Positions 28,837-40,525 are shown, counted from the stretch's first letter. The stretch: DNA of 64,000 bases from Nitrospira sp. (GCA_047150005.1 AP038806.1:4007158-4071157); one strand, 5' to 3'. Notes: generated by a model from the letters alone, not told the origin. Numbers and translations: made by a program.

Positions 28837-29114
28837 CTCGCCCGCTTTCGAACCTGATGAATGGCTCCGCGCGCCGAATCTTCAGTTGCTTCCATCACTC
28901 CTTCCGGCATCGTTGGATGAGCCCTATGTTTGAGCTTGCCGCCGAGTTCCACGGCGGCCAACAGCGCCTTGCTCGGAATACAGCCTCAATTCAGAGACAC
29001 CCTGCCGAGCGTCTGAGCCTCCACGACGGTCACGGGAGCGCCGGGCTGAGCCGCTCGGATTGTGGCAACGTACCCTCCAGGGCCGGCGCCGAGGATCACG
29101 ATGTGCTTGGACAT
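28833..29114 (-). pseudogene. lpdA: Dihydrolipoamide dehydrogenase remnant (in-frame stop plus large internal deletion)
   Basis: Manual translation [23 protein letters not shown]...LGRVSLN*GCIPSKALL...KHRAHPTMPEGVMEATED..RGAIH..*; the Lpd N-terminus is fused to the C-terminal HPT..E motif; TGA at 28986-28988. Confidence 0.88.
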
Positions 29115-29124
29115 GAGAGAAAAC

Positions 29125-29511
29125 TTAGTGCTTCTGGCTTGCGAGATATGATTCGTACTGGGATGAGGTCATCAGCTTCTCGACGTCATCCGAATTCGAG
29201 AGGTGCACGACAATCATCCACCCTTTGCCGTACGGATCACTGTTGACCAGCTCGGGATGATCCTTCAAGTCGGCGTTGACCTGGGCGATGGTCCCGCTGA
29301 CCGGCGTGTAGATCGTCGAAGTTGTTTTGGTCGACTCGACTTCGCCGATCTGCTGGCCAGCGGTGATCACCGTTCCGGCTTTCGGCAAGTCGACAAACAC
29401 GATGTCACCGAGGGCATCCTGTGCAAAATGGCTGATCCCAACCGTAGCCTCGGTCCCTTTCATGCGAACCCACTCATGCTCTTTATGATATCGAAGATCA
29501 GACGGTATCAT
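29125..29511 (-). CDS. gcvH: Glycine cleavage system H protein (lipoyl carrier)
   Basis: [34 protein letters not shown] (lipoyl Lys), NSDPYGKGW. Confidence 0.95.
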   Translation of the reverse strand: MIPSDLRYHKEHEWVRMKGTEATVGISHFAQDALGDIVFVDLPKAGTVITAGQQIGEVESTKTTSTIYTPVSGTIAQVNADLKDHPELVNSDPYGKGWMIVVHLSNSDDVEKLMTSSQYESYLASQKH

Positions 29512-29528
29512 GGGCGGCAGGGGTCCGG

Positions 29529-29948
29529 TTACTCCATCACGTTCATTTCGGGGAAAAAGTAGGCGATCTCCACGCGGGCCGTATCGGGCGAATCGGATCC
29601 GTGCACCGCATTGTATTCAATGTTGGTCCCGTGCTTCGCGCGAATCGTGCCCTTTTCTGCCTTCGCCGGATCCGTCGCGCCCATGAGCTCGCGATTCTTC
29701 TTGATGGCGTTCTCCCCCCTCAACACCAACACCACGACAGGGCCGGAGGACATGAACGTGCACAGACTGTCGAAGAACGGTCTGGCTCGGTGCACCGCAT
29801 AGAAGCCTTCCGCGGTCGCCTTGCCCATGACCAGCATCCGCATGGCGACCGGCCGCAATCCGGCTTGCTCATACTGCGAGATGATGTCCCCGATCACATG
29901 TTTTTTGATCGCATCAGGTTTGATGATCGCCAGCGTTCGCTCACTCAT
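29529..29948 (-). CDS. ndk: Nucleoside-diphosphate kinase
   Basis: [38 protein letters not shown]17-TATAAT upstream. Confidence 0.97.
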   Translation of the reverse strand: MSERTLAIIKPDAIKKHVIGDIISQYEQAGLRPVAMRMLVMGKATAEGFYAVHRARPFFDSLCTFMSSGPVVVLVLRGENAIKKNRELMGATDPAKAEKGTIRAKHGTNIEYNAVHGSDSPDTARVEIAYFFPEMNVME

Positions 29949-30055
29949 TGTGGAACGTCTTCCTCCAATTCTGACATGCGTCTGATCTGTGACAAGGCCG
30001 AAAATTTCTGGGCCATTATAGGGACGCTTCCGGTGAGTTGCAAGACTGACTCCTC

Positions 30056-31087
30056 TTATCCGGAGAATTGACGGAGCACCTCGTCAGGCTTGAAGACCCC
30101 TCGTTCCGTGATGATACCGGCGATGAATTCCGCAGGCGTCACATCGAACGCGGGATTATAGACCGACACGCCTTTCGGGGCGATGACGTGACCACCGAGC
30201 ACGGTCGTCACTTCTCGAGGATTCCGCTGTTCGATGGCGATGTCGTTCCCGGAGGATGTCTTGAGGTCGATGGTCGAATAGGGTGCGGCAACATAGAACG
30301 GAATGCCGTGCGCCTGAGCCAGTACGGCGACCGAGTAGGTACCGATTTTGTTGGCAACGTCTCCGTTGGCCGCGATCCGGTCCGCGCCCACGATGCATAG
30401 ATGTATTTTCCCTTGCCGCATCATGGTACCCGCCATGCTGTCCGTGATAAGTGTGACCGGGATACCGTCCTGCATCAATTCCCATGCGGTGAGTCTCGCT
30501 CCTTGCAGAACAGGCCTGGTCTCGTCGGCGATCACCTGAATCCGCTTCCCTTCCTCCCACGCCGCCCGAATGACGCCCAAGGCCGTTCCGTATCCGGCTG
30601 TCGCCAACGCGCCCGCATTACAATGAGTCAGAATCGTCTGTCCATCACCGACCAAACGAGATCCGTGCCGCCCCATGGCCTTGCAGAGGGCGATATCTTC
30701 TTCAAGAATGCTCTGAGATTCGCGAACCAATTCCGCTTTGATAGAAGAAATCGGCTGCGCCCGAAGCTCGTTGAGCTTTCGCTTCATTCGCTCGATGGCC
30801 CAGAACAAGTTCACAGCGGTGGGTCTGGTCGCTGCAAGCTGGTCGCAGACCCTACCAAGGTCTTTTTCCAGATGGGGATAGTCCTCCGCGGCGCTCAACT
30901 GAGCTCCAAGAGCAACCCCCATGGCAGCCGTTACACCGATGGCCGGCGCCCCTCGGACTTTCAGTTCTCGGATGGCCCGAGCAACCGATTCGACATCCCG
31001 ACACTCGAGAATCTCGACATGCTCAGGCAATCGACTTTGGTCGAGCAATCGAATGGCACCCTCATGCCATGTCACGGTGGGAACCAT
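30056..31087 (-). CDS. mtnA: Methylthioribose-1-phosphate isomerase
   Basis: [57 protein letters not shown]. Confidence 0.95.
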   Translation of the reverse strand: MVPTVTWHEGAIRLLDQSRLPEHVEILECRDVESVARAIRELKVRGAPAIGVTAAMGVALGAQLSAAEDYPHLEKDLGRVCDQLAATRPTAVNLFWAIERMKRKLNELRAQPISSIKAELVRESQSILEEDIALCKAMGRHGSRLVGDGQTILTHCNAGALATAGYGTALGVIRAAWEEGKRIQVIADETRPVLQGARLTAWELMQDGIPVTLITDSMAGTMMRQGKIHLCIVGADRIAANGDVANKIGTYSVAVLAQAHGIPFYVAAPYSTIDLKTSSGNDIAIEQRNPREVTTVLGGHVIAPKGVSVYNPAFDVTPAEFIAGIITERGVFKPDEVLRQFSG

Positions 31088-31235
31088 AACCTCTTGTAGC
31101 GAGAACGACGCCCGAGTGCAAGAGGCGAGCGGAACGCCGGCGATACGGACCGTCAGCAGCGCGGATTGGCTTGTCTACACGTCAGGACTGCGAAAACCGG
31201 GTGGAGGGAGCTGATAAGAAGGGATGACCCGCGAC

Positions 31236-31421
31236 CTAGCGGCTGCTGACCCTCTTGACCATGGGAAGGACATTGCTCGTCTCATCCTCCGGCTTGGCCA
31301 ACTCGCGCTCCAACATGGCCCGAATAAACCCGCTGGTGGTATACCCCTGCTGCTTGAGAGCATCGAGCTGTGCCTTCAATTCAACCGGCAGTTGAATGAC
31401 GATTCGTACGAGTTTCGGCAT
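31236..31421 (-). CDS. Small ribbon-helix-helix (CopG-like) protein
   Basis: Alternating beta strand VRIVIQLP followed by two helices (ELKAQLDAL...TSGFIRAMLERE); AAGGAG Shine-Dalgarno. Confidence 0.65.
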   Translation of the reverse strand: MPKLVRIVIQLPVELKAQLDALKQQGYTTSGFIRAMLERELAKPEDETSNVLPMVKRVSSR

Positions 31422-31627
31422 TGCTCACTCCTTGAAAGAGACGCGGCCGTCGGAAAATCATCTCCCGCAGTGCACACGCTATGCCTTGGCAAACTCTATA
31501 TCGTCACCAATGAAATTGAGGACTTATAGCCAATGGCCGCTTTTTGTCCCTCAGCCGAGGCAGCCAATTTCGTCAAGTAAACCCCGGAAGTGTACGGTGA
31601 TGTACGTGAGCCCCGCAGATCCTTCGC

Positions 31628-34162
31628 TTAGATCCCTTGGCTCCACTGCTCCCACAGGTGGTTCCAGTTGGCCTTCTCGGAATCCCACAAGCAGCTGGGT
31701 GTTGCGGGCCGGATCCGACTCGCCCTCGTCGTTCGCACGACAAGTGCGGTTTCCGGACCACTGCCCGTGATCCACACGCCGCCGTCCCGGTCGGTGCGAA
31801 GGATCGGGATTCCCTGTGACCGGTACGCATCGAGCACAGCCGCGGCCGGATGGCCGTAGGGGTTATGCCGTCCCACGGAAATCACGGCATACCTGGGTCG
31901 CAATGATACGATCCATTCCCGATTCAATGAACTCAGCGCTCCATGGTGCGGCACCTTCAACACTTCGACGGGCTCTTGGTGGCCGGCCTGCAATCTGGAC
32001 AACGCGCTCTGCTCGACATCGGCAGCAAAGAGGACGGAATGCCCTCTGCAGTTCAGGCGCGCGACCACTGAATCATTGTTGAAACTCTGCCCTGCTTTCG
32101 GTCCGTAACGTTTCGAAGACTGTGGCTGCGGCGATTCGAGAGGATTCTCAATCAAGATCCGACACCCCTCGGAGAACGGCAATTCTTCCCCTGCCCGTGC
32201 ACGGCGCTCGGACAAGCCTTGTGCGGCCAGAGCCTGTTCCAATCGCCGGTAAAACACTTCCTCGCGAACGACTCCCGTACCCCAATAGCGTCCGACGGAA
32301 AAGTGCCGAAGCACCCACGCCAAACCTCCCACATGATCCAATTGAGGGTGTGTGGCAATGACATGGTCGATCGTTCTGATCCCCCTGTTCCACAAGTACG
32401 GTCCCACGATCGCTCGTCCCATATCGAATCGCTCAAAGCTGGCCCCACCGTCGATCAACACGATTTCCCCGCCGGGAAGCTCAAGCACGGCGCTGTCACC
32501 CTGTGCGACATCCAAAAACATGACCCGAAAGCCGTCGGCCCTCCATGTGAGGCGCGGGGACCAGGCCCACCACAACACGACCATCGCCATCACCAGACAA
32601 GCCGATCGCCGCACAAGGATAGATGGGAATTTCCGGATCAGCATCGCCATGCATCCATAGAACAGCAGCATGGATGGTACAGAAGGCGCCGCGACGTGCC
32701 AGTCGGCGAACGGTACCCCGGCCATCCATCGCAGACCATCGACAAATACCCGCATCAGCCACTGAAGGACCGCCGCCAGCGGCAATTCGCTGCCGTTCAC
32801 CAACAGGTGCCCGATCGCCGCAGCCAAACCGATAGGGACAAGGACGAATCCCATCAGCGGAACCGCGACGAGATTCGTGACGATGCCCAGCCAGGGCAAC
32901 TGATTGAAATAGAAGGCGACGAGTGGAAGCGTGACGAGCGTCACCACCGCGCTCATCACGACGGCGGCTCTTCCCCAGCGTAGCCCGGCTCGTATCGGTG
33001 TCGGGTCGGCCTCGGCAGTCAGATCGTCGGACCCTGCCCACGTCAGCCACCAGGCGATCGCCAGAACGGACAGAAACGACAGCTGGAACGAAATGTCGTA
33101 GACCGTTTGCGGATCATGCAGGACAATCAGCAGTGCCGCGAGCGCCAGTGCATGAAAGATCTTGTGGTCGTAAGCCAGCCATCTGGCCAACAACGCCACG
33201 AGCACCATCACCAGTGATCGCACCGTGGCGAGTTCGGCGCCGGCAAGACAGGCGTACCAGATGACGGGAGGGACGGTGGCCATGGCGGCAAGGCGCGTAG
33301 GGGTGAAGCGACGCGACAACCTCAACAGCCACTTGCCGGGGAGCCATAGGAGTGCCCGCTGCACCGATACCAGAATCAGTAGGGCGACAAGCCCGAGATG
33401 ACTGCCGGATATGGAGAGAAGATGCACCGTCCCGGTGGCCATAAATTGATCACGAAGATCGTCGTCGAGATAGCCCCGATCGCCCAGAACGATTCCCAAG
33501 AAGATTCCCAATTCAGGCTGTGCAAGACTGCGGATCCCTGCCGTGCGGATATCTCCACGCCAGCGATCGAACCGGTTCCAGACTCCCCACCAACCGGATG
33601 TGCTTCCGGATTCCAGCAAGACGACGCCTTCCGGCCCAGCCACGGAGGCGACCGCCTCGATCCGGTGCCGCTCGAGATAGGCGCGGTAGTCGAACCCTCC
33701 GGGATTGAGGGTTCCTTGCGGAGGCCGGAGTTTGACGAGGAAACGGACTCGGTCTCCGTGGAACATCATCCGATCCGGTCCGCGCCAAGTCAGCCGGATT
33801 CTCCCCGGGATCACGTTCCCCGGTGCCCAGGTGTCGGGTTCCACCACGAGCACCGAACGATCGGGGCCCTGCTGGACGGGGGCGACGATTCTTCCTGCTA
33901 TCTCCCGAGCCTGCTCACCCTGCCCGGAAAGCCGGTCGATACCGGTTGTCGCCTCGACCCTGATCGACCAGTACACCATGCCGGCCAGTACCGCCGTGAA
34001 GAGACAGGTCGTCCGCCGTCTGAGGATAAGATCGGTCCGGCTGTACAATGAGGCCGTAACCGCCACCAGAATCAAGAGGAAGGAGAGGGAAAGAGGGAAG
34101 TAGGAAACGACCGATCCGAGAACGAGACCCGCGATCAACGCGGCGGTCAGCGCTGGCAGCAT
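31628..34162 (-). CDS. comEC: DNA-uptake channel ComEC/Rec2
   Basis: NPGGFDY, GTVHLLSISGSH, ISFQLSF, FLDVAQGDS, THPQLDHVGG, KVPHHG, NPYGHP; likely start MLPALTAA. Confidence 0.93.
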   Translation of the reverse strand: MLPALTAALIAGLVLGSVVSYFPLSLSFLLILVAVTASLYSRTDLILRRRTTCLFTAVLAGMVYWSIRVEATTGIDRLSGQGEQAREIAGRIVAPVQQGPDRSVLVVEPDTWAPGNVIPGRIRLTWRGPDRMMFHGDRVRFLVKLRPPQGTLNPGGFDYRAYLERHRIEAVASVAGPEGVVLLESGSTSGWWGVWNRFDRWRGDIRTAGIRSLAQPELGIFLGIVLGDRGYLDDDLRDQFMATGTVHLLSISGSHLGLVALLILVSVQRALLWLPGKWLLRLSRRFTPTRLAAMATVPPVIWYACLAGAELATVRSLVMVLVALLARWLAYDHKIFHALALAALLIVLHDPQTVYDISFQLSFLSVLAIAWWLTWAGSDDLTAEADPTPIRAGLRWGRAAVVMSAVVTLVTLPLVAFYFNQLPWLGIVTNLVAVPLMGFVLVPIGLAAAIGHLLVNGSELPLAAVLQWLMRVFVDGLRWMAGVPFADWHVAAPSVPSMLLFYGCMAMLIRKFPSILVRRSACLVMAMVVLWWAWSPRLTWRADGFRVMFLDVAQGDSAVLELPGGEIVLIDGGASFERFDMGRAIVGPYLWNRGIRTIDHVIATHPQLDHVGGLAWVLRHFSVGRYWGTGVVREEVFYRRLEQALAAQGLSERRARAGEELPFSEGCRILIENPLESPQPQSSKRYGPKAGQSFNNDSVVARLNCRGHSVLFAADVEQSALSRLQAGHQEPVEVLKVPHHGALSSLNREWIVSLRPRYAVISVGRHNPYGHPAAAVLDAYRSQGIPILRTDRDGGVWITGSGPETALVVRTTRASRIRPATPSCLWDSEKANWNHLWEQWSQGI

Positions 34163-34204
34163 GAACTCCCGTCGGGGCAGGCATGTTGTGCCTGGCAAGA
34201 GCGA

Positions 34205-35554
34205 TTACCCGATGTGCGTCTTCACCACCTGCGCCAATCGATCAGCCTCTTGACGGATGACCCTGTCCTGCTCGCCTTCGATCATGATTCTCAGCAGCGG
34301 CTCCGTCCCCGAGTATCTGACGATCACGCGACCGTTTCCGTTAAGCTTGCGCTCACTTTCATCGATCGCGCTCTGTAGGTCAGGCACCGACTCCAAGTCC
34401 GGCTTTCTCGAAACCTTCACATTGAGTAACACCTGAGGCACCGCCGTCATCGCCTTGGCCAGTTCAGACAGGGGCCGCTGCGTGCGCTTCATCAGCGAGA
34501 GCACCTGCAACGCCGAAATAAGGCCGTCTCCGGTCGTATTGTGGTCAAGAAAGATGAAGTGGCCCGACTGCTCCCCGCCGAAGTTATACCCGTCCGCCAG
34601 CATCCGTTCGAGAAGATACCGGTCACCGACAGCCGTTCGCACCAGGGTGATGCCGGCGAGGTTCATGGCCTTCTCCAGCCCGAAGTTGCTCATGACGGTT
34701 CCCACGATGGTCTTCTTGGCCAGCCTCCCGTTCTGATGGAGATCCAGGCTCAGAGCGGCCATAATGTGATCGCCGTCGATGACCGTGCCTTGCTCGCAGA
34801 CAAAAATGGCGCGATCGGCGTCTCCATCCAGAGCCACGCCGATATCCGCACCGTGCTGCAGCACCGCCTGTCGGAGCGGTTCCGGATGAACGGCCCCGCA
34901 CCCGGCGTTGATATTCATCCCGTCCGGCTTGTTTCCGATAACTTCAACCTTCGCGCCGAGCTCCCGGAGCACGGCCGGAGCCACTTTGTAGGCTGCCCCA
35001 TTGGCACAATCGACGACCAGCTTGATACCCTGAAAATCCAATTCCTTGGGCAACGAGCGTTTGACGAACTCGATATAGCGTCCTTCGGCATCGTCAATTC
35101 GAAAAGCTTTACCGATGGCATCGGCGGTCGGGCGCAGATGTGCGATCTCGTTCGACACGATCAATTGTTCGATTCTGGCTTCCATATCGTCCGGCAGCTT
35201 CAGCCCGTTGTTGGAGAAGAACTTGATGCCGTTGTCTTGATATGGATTGTGCGACGCGGAAATCATCACCCCGGCATCCGCCCGCAGACTTCGGGTCAGA
35301 AACGCGATCGCCGGAGTAGGCATCGGCCCGACCAGCAAGACATCCACGCCCATGGAGCAGATGCCGGACGTCAACGCCGATTCCAACATGTACCCCGATA
35401 CTCTCGTATCTTTGCCGATGACGATTTGATGGCGGCCGGCGCGACGCATGAACAGATGCGCGGCAGCGCGTCCCAACTGCATGGCCGTTTCGCTCGTCAT
35501 CGGTTCGAGATTGGCAACCCCACGCACTCCGTCTGTGCCGAAAAGTTTACGCAT
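34205..35554 (-). CDS. glmM: Phosphoglucosamine mutase
   Basis: [36 protein letters not shown]. Confidence 0.97.
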   Translation of the reverse strand: MRKLFGTDGVRGVANLEPMTSETAMQLGRAAAHLFMRRAGRHQIVIGKDTRVSGYMLESALTSGICSMGVDVLLVGPMPTPAIAFLTRSLRADAGVMISASHNPYQDNGIKFFSNNGLKLPDDMEARIEQLIVSNEIAHLRPTADAIGKAFRIDDAEGRYIEFVKRSLPKELDFQGIKLVVDCANGAAYKVAPAVLRELGAKVEVIGNKPDGMNINAGCGAVHPEPLRQAVLQHGADIGVALDGDADRAIFVCEQGTVIDGDHIMAALSLDLHQNGRLAKKTIVGTVMSNFGLEKAMNLAGITLVRTAVGDRYLLERMLADGYNFGGEQSGHFIFLDHNTTGDGLISALQVLSLMKRTQRPLSELAKAMTAVPQVLLNVKVSRKPDLESVPDLQSAIDESERKLNGNGRVIVRYSGTEPLLRIMIEGEQDRVIRQEADRLAQVVKTHIG

Positions 35555-36410
35555 GTTGTTCCCGCAATGATAAGTGCTGTCGACGGACGATCGCTGTGGC
35601 GACCCTCACCACATCCCGCATCGCCCGAACGTCGTGAACCCGAAGGATTTGTGCCCCATGCTCCACGGCCAGGGCCACGGCCGCCGCCGTCCCCCACACA
35701 CGATCTTCAACCGGACGATCAGTGAGCGTGCCGAGAAACGCTTTCCGAGAGACCCCTACCAACACTGGACATTCGAACCGCGCGAAGGTTCGTAGCCCGG
35801 CCAGCAGATCCAGATTATCCAGAAGGAGCTTACCAAATCCGATGCCCGGATCAAGAATGATGCGGCTTCTGGAGATCAGTCTGTCGGCCGCGAACTGCAG
35901 GCGGTCGGCAAAGAAGGCAGATATGTCCTGAACCACATCCCGGTAACAGGGAGCCTGTTGCATGGTCCGAGGCGTGCCCTGCATGTGCATCAAGACGACG
36001 CCGGCTCGGCGCTGCGCAATCACACCCGGCATGGCCGAATCCCCGCGCATGGCGGTCACATCGTTGACGATGACCGCCCCGGCATCGATCGCCGCCTGTG
36101 CGACCGCCGCTCTCGACGTATCGACCGAGATCGGAATCGTCACCGCCTTGACCACCGCCGCGACGACGGGAATGAGGCGGCGCCGTTCTTCCTCCTCGTC
36201 AATGGGATGGGATCCCGGCCTTGTCGATTCGGCGCCGATATCCAACAGATCGGCCCCTTCCTCCGCCAGCCGTACGGCATGAGAGACCGCAGCTTCGGGA
36301 TCGACGAATCGGCCTCCATCAAAGAAGGAGTCGGGTGTGACATTGAGAATCCCCATGACTAAGGGATGCTCCTGCCATCTGATCACCCGATCTCCCGCGT
36401 GCAATTCCAT
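35547..36410 (-). CDS. folP: Dihydropteroate synthase
   Basis: [44 protein letters not shown]. Confidence 0.95.
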   Translation of the reverse strand: MELHAGDRVIRWQEHPLVMGILNVTPDSFFDGGRFVDPEAAVSHAVRLAEEGADLLDIGAESTRPGSHPIDEEEERRRLIPVVAAVVKAVTIPISVDTSRAAVAQAAIDAGAVIVNDVTAMRGDSAMPGVIAQRRAGVVLMHMQGTPRTMQQAPCYRDVVQDISAFFADRLQFAADRLISRSRIILDPGIGFGKLLLDNLDLLAGLRTFARFECPVLVGVSRKAFLGTLTDRPVEDRVWGTAAAVALAVEHGAQILRVHDVRAMRDVVRVATAIVRRQHLSLREQHA

Positions 36411-36613
36411 TGGTTGCCTGCCGGCGACGGTCGAACGACATTCACCCGTGCAAAGCCGCTCCGAGGCACAGCCTTGCACATCGGGTCATGAAATACAATC
36501 GTACGAAATAGGTGGCGGACGTGAACCGCAACACACCAGCTCGTTGATTCCGCCGGGTGATCGCCGTTCGGCCGCTCCAGTGCCCGTGAAGCAGCCGAAC
36601 GAATCAGCGGAGC

Positions 36614-38425
36614 CTAGGCAGGAACCGTCTGCGAGGAAGATTGCATCAGAATATGATCGATCTCCGGCGCATCAAGCACCTCCTTTTCCAAGAGGGCTTC
36701 CGCCAACGCTTTGAGACTCGACATATGCTCGGTCAAGAGCCGCTTGGCCCGTTCGTAGTTTTCCGTGACGAGCCGCTTGATCTCCAGGTCGATTTCGAAG
36801 GCGACTTGATCGCTGAAATCCCGTTTCGTGGTCAGTTCTCGACCCAGGAAGATTTCCTCCTCCTTGCGGCCAAAGGTCAGAGGACCTAGCTTTTCACTCA
36901 TCCCCCATTCACAAACCATTTTCCTGGCCAAATCGGTCGCCCGCTCGATGTCGTTGCCGGCGCCGGTCGTAATGTGCTTCAAGATCAGCTCTTCCGCGAC
37001 CCGGCCGCCCATGAGGATGGCCAGATTGTTGTACAAAAACTCCTTGGAGTAGTTGTGCCGATCGTCGGTGGGCAATTGCATGGTGACGCCCAAGGCCCGG
37101 CCGCGCGGAATGATCGTCACTTTATGCACCGGATCCGTGCCCGGCAGGAGCTTGGCCATCAGCGCGTGGCCGGCTTCATGATAGGCCGTCGTGCGCTTTT
37201 CTTCGTCGCTTAAAATCATGCTCTTGCGCTCCGCGCCCATGAGCACTTTGTCCTTCGCCATCTCGAAATCGACCGTCGCGACTTCCTTCTTGTTCTGTCG
37301 AGCAGCCCAGAGCGCCGCCTCATTGACCAGATTTTCCAGGTCGGCCCCGGAGAAGCCGGGAGTCCCCCTGGCGATCTTCTCCAGTTCGACGTCCTGAGCG
37401 ATCGGAACCTTCTTGGTATGTACCTTGAGGATTTCGCACCGCCCCCTCAAATCGGGACGATTGACCACGACCTGCCGGTCAAACCGGCCCGGTCGGAGGA
37501 GCGCGGGATCCAGCACGTCCGGCCGATTCGTGGCTGCGATGAGGATGACGCCTTCCGTCGTATCGAAACCGTCCATTTCAACGAGCAGCTGGTTGAGCGT
37601 CTGCTCCCGCTCATCGTGACCGCCGCCCAAACCGGCCCCCCGGAGCCGACCGACGGCATCGATTTCGTCGATAAAGATGATGCACGGCGCGTGCTTCTTC
37701 CCCTGTTCAAACAGATCGCGAACCCGAGACGCTCCGACTCCCACGAACATTTCCACGAAGTCTGATCCGCTGATGCTGAAGAACGGCACGCCGGCTTCCC
37801 CGGCGATCGCCTTGGCCAACAGGGTCTTGCCGGTGCCGGGAGGCCCGACGATCAAGACGCCTTTGGGAATGCGTCCGCCGAGTTTCTGAAACTTTCGCGG
37901 ATCCTTCAGGAACTCGATGATTTCCAGCACTTCTTCCTTCGCTTCATCGATTCCGGCGACATCCGAGAACGTGACCTTTTTCCGCTCTTCGGTCAGCATC
38001 CTCGCCCGGCTCTTGCCGAAGGACAGCGCCTTGTTACCCCCGATTTGCATCTGACGCATCAGGAAAAACCATAGGCCCAGGAACAGCACAAAGGGCCCCC
38101 ACGTCACGAGGAAGGTGATATACCACGGGCTTTCATCAGGCGGTTTCGCCTCGATCTGCACCCCCTTCTCTCGCAGAACTTTGACAAAATCCGGGTACTC
38201 CGCCGTGTAGGTCCTGATGCGGGTCTTGTCCTTGAGCACGGCGCTGACATGGCTGGATTTGATGATGACTTTTTCGATATCACCCTTGTCGAGCTTCGCC
38301 ATGAAGTCGCTGAAAATGACTTCCTCTTCGGGGGCATGGGTTGGCACGCTGAACAAATTGAACAGCAAAATCATGAACAGGCCGACTACGACCCAGAAGA
38401 GAAGATTTTTCGCCCTGGAGTTCAT
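36614..38425 (-). CDS. ftsH: ATP-dependent zinc metalloprotease FtsH
   Basis: Two TM segments, [27 protein letters not shown]. Confidence 0.98.
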   Translation of the reverse strand: MNSRAKNLLFWVVVGLFMILLFNLFSVPTHAPEEEVIFSDFMAKLDKGDIEKVIIKSSHVSAVLKDKTRIRTYTAEYPDFVKVLREKGVQIEAKPPDESPWYITFLVTWGPFVLFLGLWFFLMRQMQIGGNKALSFGKSRARMLTEERKKVTFSDVAGIDEAKEEVLEIIEFLKDPRKFQKLGGRIPKGVLIVGPPGTGKTLLAKAIAGEAGVPFFSISGSDFVEMFVGVGASRVRDLFEQGKKHAPCIIFIDEIDAVGRLRGAGLGGGHDEREQTLNQLLVEMDGFDTTEGVILIAATNRPDVLDPALLRPGRFDRQVVVNRPDLRGRCEILKVHTKKVPIAQDVELEKIARGTPGFSGADLENLVNEAALWAARQNKKEVATVDFEMAKDKVLMGAERKSMILSDEEKRTTAYHEAGHALMAKLLPGTDPVHKVTIIPRGRALGVTMQLPTDDRHNYSKEFLYNNLAILMGGRVAEELILKHITTGAGNDIERATDLARKMVCEWGMSEKLGPLTFGRKEEEIFLGRELTTKRDFSDQVAFEIDLEIKRLVTENYERAKRLLTEHMSSLKALAEALLEKEVLDAPEIDHILMQSSSQTVPA

Positions 38426-38525
38426 CCGGTACTCCTTGTGGGATCACCATCGAGCGGTGAGAAATACTCTGAACTTTTGAGATGTTACCATAGGGCCGTC
38501 GAAAGTGACAACCGCCGCGCGTTCC

Positions 38526-39065
38526 CTATTCCTGCTCTCCCTCCATATCCAGGACGGCCAGGTACGGCAGGTTCCGATATTTCTGCTGGTAATCCAGTCC
38601 GTATCCGACTACGTACTGGTTCGGAATCTTGAATCCCACATAGTCCAGAGCCACATCGACCGTTCGTCTTTCCGGCTTGCTCAATAACGTGCAAACCTTG
38701 ATCGATCGCGGTTTATGCTTCGCCAACGTCTTGACCAAATATTGAGCGGTGAGGCCCGAATCGACGATGTCTTCCACTAACAGCACGTCTCTCCCCTTGA
38801 TGTCTTCGGTCAATTCCGTGACGATCTTCACTTTACCGGAGGTCTTCGCCCGGGACCCGTAGCTGGTGACGACGAGAAAGTCGACGCGCATCGGTATCCG
38901 GATGGCGCGGGCCAAGTCCGCATAGAACGCATAGGCCCCCTTGAGAACCCCCACCAGAACAAAGTCCTTGCCGGCATAGTCGGCCGTAATCTGTTTGCCG
39001 AGTTCCTTGATGCGCGCCCGCATCTCTTCCTGGGTCACAATCGGTCGGCCGAAGATTCGCTCCAT
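38526..39065 (-). CDS. hpt: Hypoxanthine phosphoribosyltransferase
   Basis: GVLKGA, VLLVEDIVDSGLT, VVGYGLD...YRNLP; tilS-hpt-ftsH synteny. Confidence 0.95.
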   Translation of the reverse strand: MERIFGRPIVTQEEMRARIKELGKQITADYAGKDFVLVGVLKGAYAFYADLARAIRIPMRVDFLVVTSYGSRAKTSGKVKIVTELTEDIKGRDVLLVEDIVDSGLTAQYLVKTLAKHKPRSIKVCTLLSKPERRTVDVALDYVGFKIPNQYVVGYGLDYQQKYRNLPYLAVLDMEGEQE

Positions 39066-39066
39066 C

Positions 39067-40524
39067 CTATCGCGCTCCTTTTTCATCGCCCCGGTCGATC
39101 ATGGTGACCAGAAGACAGCATGTCGACTGACCTCGAACCAGGAACCGCTCATCCTGTCGAATGCCGGGAATCCAGACAATGCCCCCTGGTGCCGACAGCA
39201 CGGGAAGAGCGTTTTTCTTGTCCGGGGGAAGTTTCAGGTCCGTGAACAAGTCCTGGAGTTTCTTACTTTTCCCCTTCATACCGGCCGGCCGGAACCGATC
39301 ACCGGGACGCCACCCGCGCAGGACCAGAGGAGCCCCGACGAGATCCGCATCGAACACTGCCTGGTTCGGCATCTTGGCTCGGAGAAACGGCTCGGCTTCC
39401 TGCCTGCTCAGAAGTTGTACATGAAATTGCGTATCGGTACCAGCCCAAGACACGACGGACGGCACCGCAATCGGGACTTCACCCTTCTCCGAACAAGCGA
39501 TGCCGGTCTCCGGACGTTTCCCGCGGCCGATGTCGAACCACTCGCCGTGACGTCTGAGATGCACGTTGCGATACGGCACGCACACCGGCCGGCGACCGGA
39601 CAAGAGAAATCGCCGGGCCGTCTCAACCACACGGACGCTCGGTGCCTGCTGGGAGTTATCGAGGTTCCGCAACAGCATCCGCAGGACACGCCGCTGCAAC
39701 GCCGGATGAAGAAGCGCGAAGGCTCGTCCATCGACCAGAAATCCTCCCCCGGTCTGCGGCTTGAGCAAACTGGACAGCTGCTCGCGAGTCGCCTGATCCA
39801 GGTACCGCTCGTCTTCCCGCAGCAGTTCCGCCGACTGCTGGAGCAGCGCGACGACCGTGGGAGATAGACTCCGCAGCATCGGCATCAGCTCGTGCCTGAT
39901 GCGATTGCGCCGGTAGCGATCCGTGGCGTTACTGGAGTCCTGCCGAAAGCTCAACTTCTCCTGCTTGAGATAGTCCAAAATCTGCTCACGCGTCACCGAA
40001 AGGAGCGGGCGAATGACGGTGGAATCTCGGATAAACGGCATCCCGGCCAATCCGGTCAACCCGGCCCCGCGCAGCATCCAGAGCAGCATGGTCTCTGCCT
40101 GATCATCGGCGGTATGACCGACCGCGATTCGATCGGCTCCAATCTCCTTCGCCAACTTCTTCATCGCGTCGTATCGAGTCTCGCGCGCCAGCGCCTGCAC
40201 CGACGATTGTCCGGGTCGCTTCACGACGGCGAGCCGCAGGATCCGCAACGGCAGTTTCCGTTCTTTGCAGAACGAGGCCACACCGGCCTCGTCTTCGTCG
40301 GATTCGGTTCCGCGAAGCCGATAATTGATGTGGACCGCCGTAAGGCGCAACCGCCAGGCCGGCGCAAGCCGCATCAGCACCGAGGCCAGTGCCGTGGAGT
40401 CGGGTCCGCCTGATACCGCGATCAGCAGATGCTGCCCCGGCAGGAAAAGCCGTTGCTCGCGAATGGCGCGAACGACACGCATGAGGAAAGACGCCCTGGC
40501 CGATCGAGTCGACCGCACCGCCAC
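39067..40524 (-). CDS. tilS: tRNA(Ile)-lysidine synthetase
   Basis: AVSGGPDS PP-loop, GHTADDQAET, DSSN...RNRIRH, C-terminal KKLQDLF. Confidence 0.95.
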   Translation of the reverse strand: MAVRSTRSARASFLMRVVRAIREQRLFLPGQHLLIAVSGGPDSTALASVLMRLAPAWRLRLTAVHINYRLRGTESDEDEAGVASFCKERKLPLRILRLAVVKRPGQSSVQALARETRYDAMKKLAKEIGADRIAVGHTADDQAETMLLWMLRGAGLTGLAGMPFIRDSTVIRPLLSVTREQILDYLKQEKLSFRQDSSNATDRYRRNRIRHELMPMLRSLSPTVVALLQQSAELLREDERYLDQATREQLSSLLKPQTGGGFLVDGRAFALLHPALQRRVLRMLLRNLDNSQQAPSVRVVETARRFLLSGRRPVCVPYRNVHLRRHGEWFDIGRGKRPETGIACSEKGEVPIAVPSVVSWAGTDTQFHVQLLSRQEAEPFLRAKMPNQAVFDADLVGAPLVLRGWRPGDRFRPAGMKGKSKKLQDLFTDLKLPPDKKNALPVLSAPGGIVWIPGIRQDERFLVRGQSTCCLLVTMIDRGDEKGAR

Positions 40525-40525
40525 G

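Noticed and set aside
28986..28988. In-frame TGA in the lpd remnant as selenocysteine
   Set aside because: It replaces the Trp of CLNWGC rather than a Cys, and the gene carries other lesions
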